Virus record (IMG/VR): IMGVR_UViG_3300023174_000047
Span: 64,001 to 128,000 of that record
DNA from: a virus
Lineage: Duplodnaviria; Caudoviricetes
Length of the DNA stretch: 64,000 nucleotides
Strand: one strand, 5' to 3'
Shown piece by piece: positions 44,882 to 53,884 of this stretch. The notes below the pieces were generated by a model. The model was not told the DNA's origin. It made no database searches and saw only the letters and a list, made by a program, of their open reading frames with translations. Each line of letters begins with the position of its first letter. Position 1 is the stretch's first letter. A program made the position numbers and the translations under genes.

Positions 44882-45907
44882 ACTAATACCAATCTTATCA
44901 AAGGAATTTACAATTCCGTTCCAAACATGATCTTGATATGTGTTATCAGGTAACAATTCCCAATAAGTGCAGTATGCTGCATACGATTGTTCTGCTCGGA
45001 AAATTGATTCGTCAACATTATCTGCAGCATATTTGATAATATCACAAAGGTTTGAAAGATCTTTCTTTAAGAAATAAAAACTATCATTAAACACATCTTG
45101 AAATAACCATTCATCGGTATTGCTCGAGAGTTCATATGAGATAATGGTGTTTTTACAAGCAAGTGAGTTAAGGTGTCTATATCCCCAAGCAGTGTTACCT
45201 GGTAAGCATAAAGATGTCTGATATGTTTGAAGTTGTACCAAATAATCATTATGACTTATTTGTTTGTTTTGAATACCAACTGCAGTATTAAAATACTCAA
45301 CATTATTTCCTAGTCTTGGGCCGAGAATTTTATTATCTTCGGAATGCAACCACCCTTCAAAATACTCAGGTATAAGATTTGCTTGCTCAATTAATTTAAG
45401 TGATTCAATGCGCCAATTTTTTCCATTAAAAAAGTTATCACCAGTCAATCTACCCACAAAAAAACTTTTATTTTTTTGAATACTATTTCGCTTAAAAGGT
45501 ATATAATCAATAGTGTATCGTGGTATTAATATAACCTTATCTTCAATTAAATTTTTATTTGTATCTTTATTTGCAATTTGCTTATTTAAAGCAATTACCC
45601 CCTCAATTCGTTCAGTCAGAGATTTAGGTAATCTTGACGCATACAACGGACATCCATCGTTTAGGCACATGAGCAAAACTTTACCCTTGTATTTTTCTGC
45701 AACAACTGATATTTCATTAAATCTTTTAATGTTATCATCAACGTAATTAGCGGTGCCGTATAGATAGTCAATGATCCATATATCTGCATCAGGTGAAACA
45801 CTCGCATCATTATGATTTACAATTTCAAAATTGTATTTTTGTAAAGTATTTTTTAAATGTGTACAACGTGATTCGAGCTTATGATCTGAAGTAAAAGCAA
45901 TCTTCAT
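44876..45907 (-). CDS. GT-B glycosyltransferase-like (GT47/GT90-like)
   Basis: FFVGRLTG..R, YQTSLCLPGN..YRH; late motif 5 nt before ATG. Confidence 0.55.
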   Translation of the reverse strand: MKIAFTSDHKLESRCTHLKNTLQKYNFEIVNHNDASVSPDADIWIIDYLYGTANYVDDNIKRFNEISVVAEKYKGKVLLMCLNDGCPLYASRLPKSLTERIEGVIALNKQIANKDTNKNLIEDKVILIPRYTIDYIPFKRNSIQKNKSFFVGRLTGDNFFNGKNWRIESLKLIEQANLIPEYFEGWLHSEDNKILGPRLGNNVEYFNTAVGIQNKQISHNDYLVQLQTYQTSLCLPGNTAWGYRHLNSLACKNTIISYELSSNTDEWLFQDVFNDSFYFLKKDLSNLCDIIKYAADNVDESIFRAEQSYAAYCTYWELLPDNTYQDHVWNGIVNSFDKIGISL

Positions 45908-45947
45908 TCACATATTTATTATTTTTGCACCGAATTGCATTATAAGC

Positions 45948-46718
45948 TCATTGCTCTTTATTTCGCAAAGCTAATTCATACTCCCTAGGACGCTTTAATA
46001 AAATATCATCATGTTCTGGCATTGGACATACGCCTACTGCCCATCGTGTTTGATCTTCTTTAAGCTTCACTGTACATTGAACACGTTTGCATCTCTTGAT
46101 ATTTGCATATAATCCGTTATATTTGTAGTATTCTAAGAGAGCTTTCTCTGGATTTAAATTATTTAATTGTAAACTAATAGGTGAACAAATATATTCAACA
46201 ATACCTAGGACATCTTTGCACATATGTGATGGAAAAATATGATGCCTATCATATACACCACCATGATCTTCTCCCTCGACAATATAAAAAGCATCATTAG
46301 TCAAAACTGGATGTTTAAAAAGATAATAATGATCCGATCTAGTCAGAATTATTCTATCATATTGTAATAATATATCACTATAATTTTTTAAGAGATAATG
46401 CCTGAAAGCAAAAATAATTGCTCCTGATCCGCTGTATTTATCAATACCGCCAGATACACCTGTATTACTATTTTTATCGTAGAATTCTCTCCAATTGCCC
46501 GTGCAGTTATCATTATAATAATCAGCCCAGTTTTCATATTCAGGTAATTCCCAAACATATTTTGCTGCTTTAAAAAGGCTATTATCTCCTGATTTTGTCT
46601 CACCAAAAAGCAGCGCTAAATCTGCATTATAGGGGTACATTAAATTTTCAAACATTGTATGCCATGTTTTTTCGCCACCACGTGCATTACCTAATAAAAT
46701 TACCAATGTTTTTTCCAT
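45948..46718 (-). CDS. Hypothetical glycan-related protein
   Basis: VILLGNARG, ILTRSD, VYDRHH; late motif 5 nt before ATG. Confidence 0.45.
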   Translation of the reverse strand: MEKTLVILLGNARGGEKTWHTMFENLMYPYNADLALLFGETKSGDNSLFKAAKYVWELPEYENWADYYNDNCTGNWREFYDKNSNTGVSGGIDKYSGSGAIIFAFRHYLLKNYSDILLQYDRIILTRSDHYYLFKHPVLTNDAFYIVEGEDHGGVYDRHHIFPSHMCKDVLGIVEYICSPISLQLNNLNPEKALLEYYKYNGLYANIKRCKRVQCTVKLKEDQTRWAVGVCPMPEHDDILLKRPREYELALRNKEQ

Positions 46719-46726
46719 ATGGCTAT

Positions 46727-48514
46727 TTATTCACCATAGCACTTAACTTCAAATTGCCAATTTGAACCATCAAATGGCGACTCAACTACAATCTTAATAT
46801 CAGATGGTGTTTCCCTTGCTTTAGATATGGTAAGTACACCGGTGAGTGCAGGCATAGCAGTAAGTGCAGGCATAGCAGTGATCTCTGGTGTATTAGTAGT
46901 AAGCTTTGGTGCAGCAATGGGTGAATATCCTAGTGCGGTGAGTGCAGCATTATATGTTTGATCGCCTATGAAACACGTGCCAGTTATTGAGGGACCCCAA
47001 CTTACTGTGAACCGTGCAGGTGCATTTGTATTGCTGTATGTAATGTTATACGGTCCTGTTTGTGTTCCGCCGTTGAACGTATAATTATGTACACCTTTAA
47101 CACCTGCACTACGAACTGGTGCATCACAGTACGCCTCAAAAGATGCTATGCAGCTTGGGAAATAATCATATTTTACAACTGTTGACTCAGCAATATAATC
47201 AGCATACAGATTATTGGCATCTTGATAGATGCCACCAATAATCATCCATGCCTTGTCACAATAAGCATTGATTGCAGCATCAGCACTAAATGCACCAACT
47301 GTATTATTATTAAAATCTGCTGTATCGGTTACAAAATAGATGTACTTGTTGTAGCTAGTTTTATAATCTCTTAAAATATTTGCTGCTTGAAATAGTGCAT
47401 CAATGCCATTTTCTGGCATATCACTGCCACCATCACAGTAAAACGGTCCCGCATTGCTAGATGCCTGCTGCAGAAAGTCTATTGCCTCTTGAATGGTATT
47501 ATCAAATGTAATTGTCTGTGGGCACACTTTGTCACCAAAAGAAATAATGGATACCTTTTTAACGGCACCTGTATATGCATATTCTTTAAGCACTTGTAGC
47601 CCAAGCTGTGCACTATATGTTCCTATGGAATCTGTTTGATCCAAAACCAGAACCAATACAAACGGATCCAAGCAAAGATCCTTGCATGCATATACTGCAT
47701 CTGGAACAGGTGGCTGAATAGGCACATATGGTCCAATGAGACTTGTAGTTGCAGGAGCACGCAGCCTAATTGATTCAGGTGTTTCAAATGAAAGATTTTG
47801 AACAACAGGAAATCTGTATATTGTTGGTGGCGGAGGAGCTGATATTACTGGCAAATCATCAGCTCCCTCAACATGAAAATTCTTTATACCAAATTTAGCA
47901 CCTGTAGCAATGCCACACAGAGGAGCTGCATATGATACACCTGCCTTGTAAAAAGAAGAAGTTGATGCATTGATTGAAACAGGACAGTCAAGTATCACGG
48001 TGTATGAATCATCAATGAATCGCGCGATCTCAATGGCAGATCCTGCATCATGCAGTCTAAATCTCAGTGTATTAAACACAAGCCCGGAACTTGTAAATGC
48101 AAATGCAGAGTCTAGAGATGATAGTGCAATGGATGTTAGATATGTAAAATTGGATCCTGTTCTAATGGTAATGGCAGGGCCATAATTAGATGCTATCCCT
48201 GTGGTTTTGCCATTGCCAGATAATGCAAATTGACCATGTGTATCAAACCCAATGCCCAAAACCGCACCACTTAGCCCTGAAAGAGAAGCAAAGCCGGTAT
48301 AGTCTTGACTTGGTGCATATCCCAGTGAAGAACCAATGCCTCCACCTGTGAGCATGGGTACACGTGCATCATATAAGAATGTACAAAACCCACCCTGCAC
48401 ATTGGCACCGCATAGCGCATACTGCAGAGACCATACAATGTCCTGGTAAGCATTTAGTGCTTTATTGTGCACTATACTTGCTGCAAATGCAGAGGTTGAT
48501 ATTAATGTTGGCAT
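46727..48514 (-). CDS. Virion protein: L-type lectin (ConA-like) domain, Pro linker, vWA domain, beta-rich C-domain
   Basis: GGFCTFLY..GSSLGY..IGFDTHG (lectin); LVLVLDQTDS, GGSDMPENGIDAL, YFVTD (vWA). Confidence 0.7.
   Translation of the reverse strand: MPTLISTSAFAASIVHNKALNAYQDIVWSLQYALCGANVQGGFCTFLYDARVPMLTGGGIGSSLGYAPSQDYTGFASLSGLSGAVLGIGFDTHGQFALSGNGKTTGIASNYGPAITIRTGSNFTYLTSIALSSLDSAFAFTSSGLVFNTLRFRLHDAGSAIEIARFIDDSYTVILDCPVSINASTSSFYKAGVSYAAPLCGIATGAKFGIKNFHVEGADDLPVISAPPPPTIYRFPVVQNLSFETPESIRLRAPATTSLIGPYVPIQPPVPDAVYACKDLCLDPFVLVLVLDQTDSIGTYSAQLGLQVLKEYAYTGAVKKVSIISFGDKVCPQTITFDNTIQEAIDFLQQASSNAGPFYCDGGSDMPENGIDALFQAANILRDYKTSYNKYIYFVTDTADFNNNTVGAFSADAAINAYCDKAWMIIGGIYQDANNLYADYIAESTVVKYDYFPSCIASFEAYCDAPVRSAGVKGVHNYTFNGGTQTGPYNITYSNTNAPARFTVSWGPSITGTCFIGDQTYNAALTALGYSPIAAPKLTTNTPEITAMPALTAMPALTGVLTISKARETPSDIKIVVESPFDGSNWQFEVKCYGE
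46845..46879. repeat. 18-bp in-frame tandem duplication (TAMPAL x2)
   Basis: AGTGCAGGCATAGCAGT at 46845 and 46863. Confidence 0.9.
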
Positions 48515-48517
48515 CTA

Positions 48518-51139
48518 TTAGAGTGGTATTTCAATAGGAATGAGAATGGGGTTCATAGCTATGGGCAATCCACATTGCCCAAAATTATTTCTCCCCCATG
48601 CATAAAATACTTTTCTGACAGGATCATCCGTAATGGCATACACTGTTCTACGATATTCAGCAGGAACAGCAGGTGGTCCTGCAGTACCAGGATAATAATA
48701 CCCTATAACAATAAAATCATCAAATTTATCACGTTGAATTTTTGCTACTCTTTTCTTTGTAGTCGTACCTGCTGTAGTCGTACCATCACCAGCAATACCA
48801 TCACTGTTTACCCCACCAACAGTATACATTTCACCCGCGGTCGTCAGCATAAACAATGTATCGGTATGATATTGAATTTTTTTAATACCTGTATATGGTG
48901 CTTGTGGTCTAATAGGATTATTGCTATCAGTAGTAGTACCAGTACCAAGCTGGTATGAGCCATTTTCACCCCAACCAACCAATGAATTATCTTGAAGCAA
49001 GGCCATAACGCTAATAATATCTGAAGCATCTGCATTTAATGTGAGATAAGAAACACCAGAAAGCTGTGATGATACTACACCACCCGTTACAGGCTTAAAA
49101 GTAGTTTGATTTACAGCAATACTACCCCTGCCTAAAGCACCACTTTGGTAACTCCCTGCACTCCATACATATCCCTCATCACCAGTAATAATATATGAAT
49201 TTGAGTTAGTAGTATAGCCACCTACAAAAATATCTCTTACCGATAGTGAACCAATATTCGCAGAAACTTTATAAAAAATAGTACGAGATGTGCTATTAGT
49301 CAGACCAAGATTGCCATTCTGATTATTCCCACACGCATGTAGCTTATCATTTTCATCAATGACAAGTGCAAACTGATTTAGCCCATTATTGCTTGTTGCA
49401 ACCTTTTTAACCTGCACATTACTTAAACTAGAATAGTCACTGCCTTGTGTGTAAGCAGTTCCATTTATTTTAATTGGTGTTGTTTGATTTATAATGTTTC
49501 CTTTGCCCAATACACCACTACTATTAAGCCCCCAGCCATATAAGTTGCCTGGTTCTGTAATAGCAAACATACCCGTTTCAGGTGTACTATCTGCTCCATT
49601 AGTATATGAGCCTGCAATTTGAGTCACTTTCTCATAGTTAAAATATGATGGATTAATTTGAGTAAATGTATTATGTACTCCTGTGATGCCTGGGGTACCT
49701 GTACCGAGAAGTCCGACTGTACTCTTACCTGCCGTAAAAATATTACCCTCACTTGTAAGAATTGCAGTAAAATTACCAAGTGAATAAGCACTTATAGCGA
49801 ATTCATTTGCACTTAGTCCAATTGCAACCGGAAAAAACATCGGCACACTTGTATTACTGTTGCCATAACCAATTGCTGATCCATATGTTGCTACATCAGA
49901 GTTGCCTGCAGCACGTAGATTGCCCGCCGCATCAAGTAAAAATCCATGTACATAGCAAACCATGGTAGTACCTGTATTGAATGTAGGTATAATTATACGC
50001 CCTGCATATTTCGGATCTCGGAGAAGCAAAGCACTTAGAGTAGAAATTTGCGTTTGAACTTGTGTGCTGCTAATGTAATCTTTTACACCCAATTGATATG
50101 AGATGCCAGAGTTGGGAAATACAAGTGTTGTTGTGGAAGATGCATTTGTTGCATCATATGCTGTAAGAGATACATTATCTATGGCAACATTTGATATGCC
50201 AAAAATCTGGTCTTCAAGATATTTGATGATGTAAACGAAGTTGCCTGCAGTAAGCAAAGGAACTTTAAAGTTGGGAGCTACTCCACCATAGTATTGGCCA
50301 ATGGCAGCACACAAAGCAGCATAAGTTGTACCATTTTTTGTAGATCCATCACACAAGAAATATCCATGTGGAACTGTTGAGCTAATTGCATTAAAATTGC
50401 CACCAGAGCCAAAAGGAACGATGCTACCAACTGGTACTTGATTGCTACTCAACACTATGTATTGCGTCTGATATGTACTGGGCGATGCAAGCGTCAAATT
50501 GCCTAATCCATCAGTCGTTAAGACAGAACCAAAAGCACCATCATAAGACGGTAGGTTAAAAACAGATGAACCACCTTGTGTGCCAAATTGAATTGATTTT
50601 GGAAGCTGCAAATATGCATTGTTGCGAGCAGCAATGGAATCTAATTGCTGATCAGCAGCAGTCTGCAATGCTCTTGTGCCATTAAATTCAAGACCCTGCC
50701 CTGCAAGTTCAGGATCAAGTTGCAAAGCACTCACAGTTTTGACTGACATTGTGCCTGTAGATGCATTGAGCTGCAATGTTTCATTATCCACTCGATTTGC
50801 AAGCGGGCCTGAATATAATGTCCAATTGCTCTGAACATTGGGTGGTGCAGCTGTAAGACGATATATGCCACCTGCTATCGCATCATATGCAACATCTCCT
50901 ACAACTGCCTCTGATGCCCATGTATACGGATGATATGTACCAAAGTATAACATCAAAGATGTCGGATTAGCGCCAGTTGTGACACCATCTCCAACAAACA
51001 ATCTACGTGTATCAACAGTATACCCTAGCTCACCTTCTGAGAGTGTAATGTTTTGACGCTCAACATTTGACCCACGACGGATCAACAATTTTAAAAGAGT
51101 ATTTTCTGTAATTTCAATTTTACCAGCACTATTGCTCAT
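48518..51139 (-). CDS. Tail fibre: Mtd-N-like N-terminus, tail collar, RCC1/BLIP-II-like repeats
   Basis: LLIRRG..GELGYTVDTRRLFVGDG; VPVGSIVPF..GYFLCDGS; repeated G.LY.WG.N..G.LG.G. Confidence 0.8.
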   Translation of the reverse strand: MSNSAGKIEITENTLLKLLIRRGSNVERQNITLSEGELGYTVDTRRLFVGDGVTTGANPTSLMLYFGTYHPYTWASEAVVGDVAYDAIAGGIYRLTAAPPNVQSNWTLYSGPLANRVDNETLQLNASTGTMSVKTVSALQLDPELAGQGLEFNGTRALQTAADQQLDSIAARNNAYLQLPKSIQFGTQGGSSVFNLPSYDGAFGSVLTTDGLGNLTLASPSTYQTQYIVLSSNQVPVGSIVPFGSGGNFNAISSTVPHGYFLCDGSTKNGTTYAALCAAIGQYYGGVAPNFKVPLLTAGNFVYIIKYLEDQIFGISNVAIDNVSLTAYDATNASSTTTLVFPNSGISYQLGVKDYISSTQVQTQISTLSALLLRDPKYAGRIIIPTFNTGTTMVCYVHGFLLDAAGNLRAAGNSDVATYGSAIGYGNSNTSVPMFFPVAIGLSANEFAISAYSLGNFTAILTSEGNIFTAGKSTVGLLGTGTPGITGVHNTFTQINPSYFNYEKVTQIAGSYTNGADSTPETGMFAITEPGNLYGWGLNSSGVLGKGNIINQTTPIKINGTAYTQGSDYSSLSNVQVKKVATSNNGLNQFALVIDENDKLHACGNNQNGNLGLTNSTSRTIFYKVSANIGSLSVRDIFVGGYTTNSNSYIITGDEGYVWSAGSYQSGALGRGSIAVNQTTFKPVTGGVVSSQLSGVSYLTLNADASDIISVMALLQDNSLVGWGENGSYQLGTGTTTDSNNPIRPQAPYTGIKKIQYHTDTLFMLTTAGEMYTVGGVNSDGIAGDGTTTAGTTTKKRVAKIQRDKFDDFIVIGYYYPGTAGPPAVPAEYRRTVYAITDDPVRKVFYAWGRNNFGQCGLPIAMNPILIPIEIPL

Positions 51140-51147
51140 GCTTATAT

Positions 51148-52236
51148 TTAGCTAAGAGCCTGCAATTCGCTAGGTATATCAAACACAGGAATTGCTTTTT
51201 TACCAAATGGTGTCCCCATGTCGACTACGATGAAGCCAGCAGAAGATAATGTATATGTTGCTGATCCTGTGCCAGTTGATGCAACATACTGTGTTGTGCC
51301 TCGTTTTGTGCCTGTTGGAAATTGATTGTAAAAGCCTCCAAAAGCATTGCCATAAGAACTCAATGGCAGGCGCGCAGCATTATAGAGAGAAGACAAAGCA
51401 ATGGTATTGCTCTTAATTTGAATAGAAGCATTATCAACTTTTGCACTCAGTCCTTGAGCTGTAGCAGCAAGCCCACCAGATGCATAAACAAGCAATGAGC
51501 TTGACGTGTTTACTGCGATTTGATTTGATGCATTTATAACAACAGTTGCATTATCAACTTTTGCACTTAAACCTTGAGCTGTAGCAGCAATCCCACCAGA
51601 TGCATAAACAAGTAATGGGGTTAAAGGATTTACAGCAATTTGATTGAATGCATTTAAAATGATGGTTGCATTATCAACATTAGCGCTGAGTGTCTTTGCA
51701 GCGGTTACACCTAAACCGTTGCCTGCAAGTGTGGAAACATTAATGTTGGTGTTATTAATGGTACCAACTCTAATTTTATTTGTTGCATTATTGATGGTAA
51801 TTGTAGAATTATCCACATTAGCACTCAAGCCTTGTGATGTCGCAGCAAGTCCACCAGATGCATAAACAAGCAATGAGCTTGCTGTATTGATGGTGAGTTT
51901 ATTAGATGCATTAAAAATGATGGTCGTATTATCAGCCTGTGGTCCAATGTATTTCCATGCAGATGTCTGTGTTGCTTTTGTACCTGTGAGTTGGTATAGT
52001 AAACTATTTTCCAACACGATATCACCTTGAACTGCAGCAAGAGCAGTCTTGTTAGCTACAATTGGTGTAAAGGCTTTAGATCCCACCGCAATTCCACCTA
52101 CTGTAGCACCATCACCCACAAAGACACGTTTTGAATCAATGGTATATCCTAATTCTCCCTGATCAAGAGTGATCAGTAGTCTTTGAGATTCAAGACCGCG
52201 GCGCAATTTGAGTTTAATAATTTTAATGTCAGGCAT
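51148..52236 (-). CDS. Tail fibre-like protein: Mtd-N-like N-terminus plus ~40-aa VDN repeats
   Basis: LKLRRG..GELGYTIDSKRVFVGDG; repeated LLVYASGG.AAT.QGLSA.VDN. Confidence 0.75.
   Translation of the reverse strand: MPDIKIIKLKLRRGLESQRLLITLDQGELGYTIDSKRVFVGDGATVGGIAVGSKAFTPIVANKTALAAVQGDIVLENSLLYQLTGTKATQTSAWKYIGPQADNTTIIFNASNKLTINTASSLLVYASGGLAATSQGLSANVDNSTITINNATNKIRVGTINNTNINVSTLAGNGLGVTAAKTLSANVDNATIILNAFNQIAVNPLTPLLVYASGGIAATAQGLSAKVDNATVVINASNQIAVNTSSSLLVYASGGLAATAQGLSAKVDNASIQIKSNTIALSSLYNAARLPLSSYGNAFGGFYNQFPTGTKRGTTQYVASTGTGSATYTLSSAGFIVVDMGTPFGKKAIPVFDIPSELQALS
51428..51930. repeat. Degenerate ~120-bp coding repeats
   Basis: GCATTATCAAC at 51428, 51548, 51668; further diverged units near 51806 and 51929. 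Confidence 0.8.
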
Positions 52237-52239
52237 AAG

Positions 52240-53862
52240 TTAGGAGGGCTGTGGAATATAAAACTTTTTGATATACTTGAAAGCTAACATATAACTCCAA
52301 GAATAACCGCTATAACTTGCAAAAAGATTAGTTGTAACACTAGCAGATTTAATCTCTCTAAACCCATCTGGCCTTATAGATGGAGAATACAAGCCGTATT
52401 TGTTAATTATAGTTGTAAGATATGATGATGTTGTAGCCTTAGCAGCAAATTTATTTTTATAGCACTTTTCTAAGAAACGCCTATCAGGTCGTGGTGGAAT
52501 GTTTACATCTTTTGTTCTATAATCCATGATTGTTGTTACTACATCATTTATACCTATATAAAAGTTCTTATAATACAGTTTATTATCAAGATATAAAATT
52601 ATCGCGGTGCATCGGTCAAGGCGACCATAAATTACATCCCCTATGCCTGTTGTTCTTTTAAATGATGAATTATATATATTATCATCTACACCTACCACAC
52701 TAGTATTCATAGACATTTTATAAAAACCAGCGGATGATGCATCACTACCTCGTATGGAAATTTCAACAGCAATGAGTTTATTCTGTCTCATATAATTAGC
52801 ATCAATGAGATATGTATGGTCACCAGAGTCTATAGTGCAGCTTTGTGGCAAAGCATTAAGTATTTCGTAGTAATTTTCATATGAATAAGTAGTATAAAAT
52901 AACTGAGGTTGATCAACTTCATAGATGAGTGTATTTCCTATGACTAAGACATTCATGTTGGTGCAGTCACCATTTTGACTGAATACATTCACTCTGGTTG
53001 GCAATTGTTCTAAAACAATTGCCCAACCATTATTGCCTGTTGCAGGGGATGCAGGTTTATCAGCAGGGTTAACATGAGAACCCTTGGTGACTTGCACCAT
53101 ATAGCTGTTGTTATTAAACGTGTTATTAAACCATACAGTATAATTACCCGCTTTATTTCTCGTTACTTTATCGATGTTGTATGATGATCTTATGGTTGTA
53201 CTAATTGCAAGAGTGCCTGAATTTGCCAAAGGATTAACTCCATTAGGCAAAGGAAAGGAAAAAGTGCCTGGGTCAACAACTGTGACTGGGTACGCACCAT
53301 TTAATGCTGCATCAGTTGCTGTTAAGCTAATAATTTGACCGTTTGCAAGACCGTGACTCCCCTTACTACAACTAACCAATGTGCTACTTACATCTTGGAC
53401 AATGGTATATAAAACAGCAGTAATGGGTTTGCCGTCAAAATTTACCCAACATTGGCGTATGGGACTCTCATACACCTGCTCAACCAAACCCTTGCTGTTT
53501 AACACAATGGTATCAATTTGATCGTACGATCCTTGTGGATCAGGATCCAAATCAGGCAATGCATCCACTGTAATTTGTCCAAAGTCTACATTGCCGCTGC
53601 CATCTGTTACAAGCGGAAATCCTCGACCAGATGCAGCATCAACATTTGTAAATTCAAGTATGCCGCTTGATAGCCTGCCAGAAATAGACAGCCCTCCTGC
53701 AATTTCAGCACCATTGCCCAAAACACCCAATGCAAGGGCAGAAGCTTGACCGCTTCCATCATAGATGATTTGATTGCCTTGTATAGGTAATGCTGTACCT
53801 TCAGCATGCAATACACCCTGGTATGTTGATTCAACTGTTTGATCGAGGAGATTTTGTGGCAT
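52240..53862 (-). CDS. Putative tail/virion structural protein
   Basis: CWVNFDG...IRSSYNI..VTR..AGNYTVWF fibre motif; perfect TATAAATA at 53869-53876. Confidence 0.65.
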   Translation of the reverse strand: MPQNLLDQTVESTYQGVLHAEGTALPIQGNQIIYDGSGQASALALGVLGNGAEIAGGLSISGRLSSGILEFTNVDAASGRGFPLVTDGSGNVDFGQITVDALPDLDPDPQGSYDQIDTIVLNSKGLVEQVYESPIRQCWVNFDGKPITAVLYTIVQDVSSTLVSCSKGSHGLANGQIISLTATDAALNGAYPVTVVDPGTFSFPLPNGVNPLANSGTLAISTTIRSSYNIDKVTRNKAGNYTVWFNNTFNNNSYMVQVTKGSHVNPADKPASPATGNNGWAIVLEQLPTRVNVFSQNGDCTNMNVLVIGNTLIYEVDQPQLFYTTYSYENYYEILNALPQSCTIDSGDHTYLIDANYMRQNKLIAVEISIRGSDASSAGFYKMSMNTSVVGVDDNIYNSSFKRTTGIGDVIYGRLDRCTAIILYLDNKLYYKNFYIGINDVVTTIMDYRTKDVNIPPRPDRRFLEKCYKNKFAAKATTSSYLTTIINKYGLYSPSIRPDGFREIKSASVTTNLFASYSGYSWSYMLAFKYIKKFYIPQPS

Positions 53863-53884
53863 TGTTGTTATTTATATGGTGTTG

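Noticed and set aside
48518-52236. Diversity-generating retroelement suggested by Mtd-N-like domains
   Set aside because: No reverse transcriptase and no adenine-only-mismatched TR/VR pair was seen in the window; the repeats are ordinary coding repeats.
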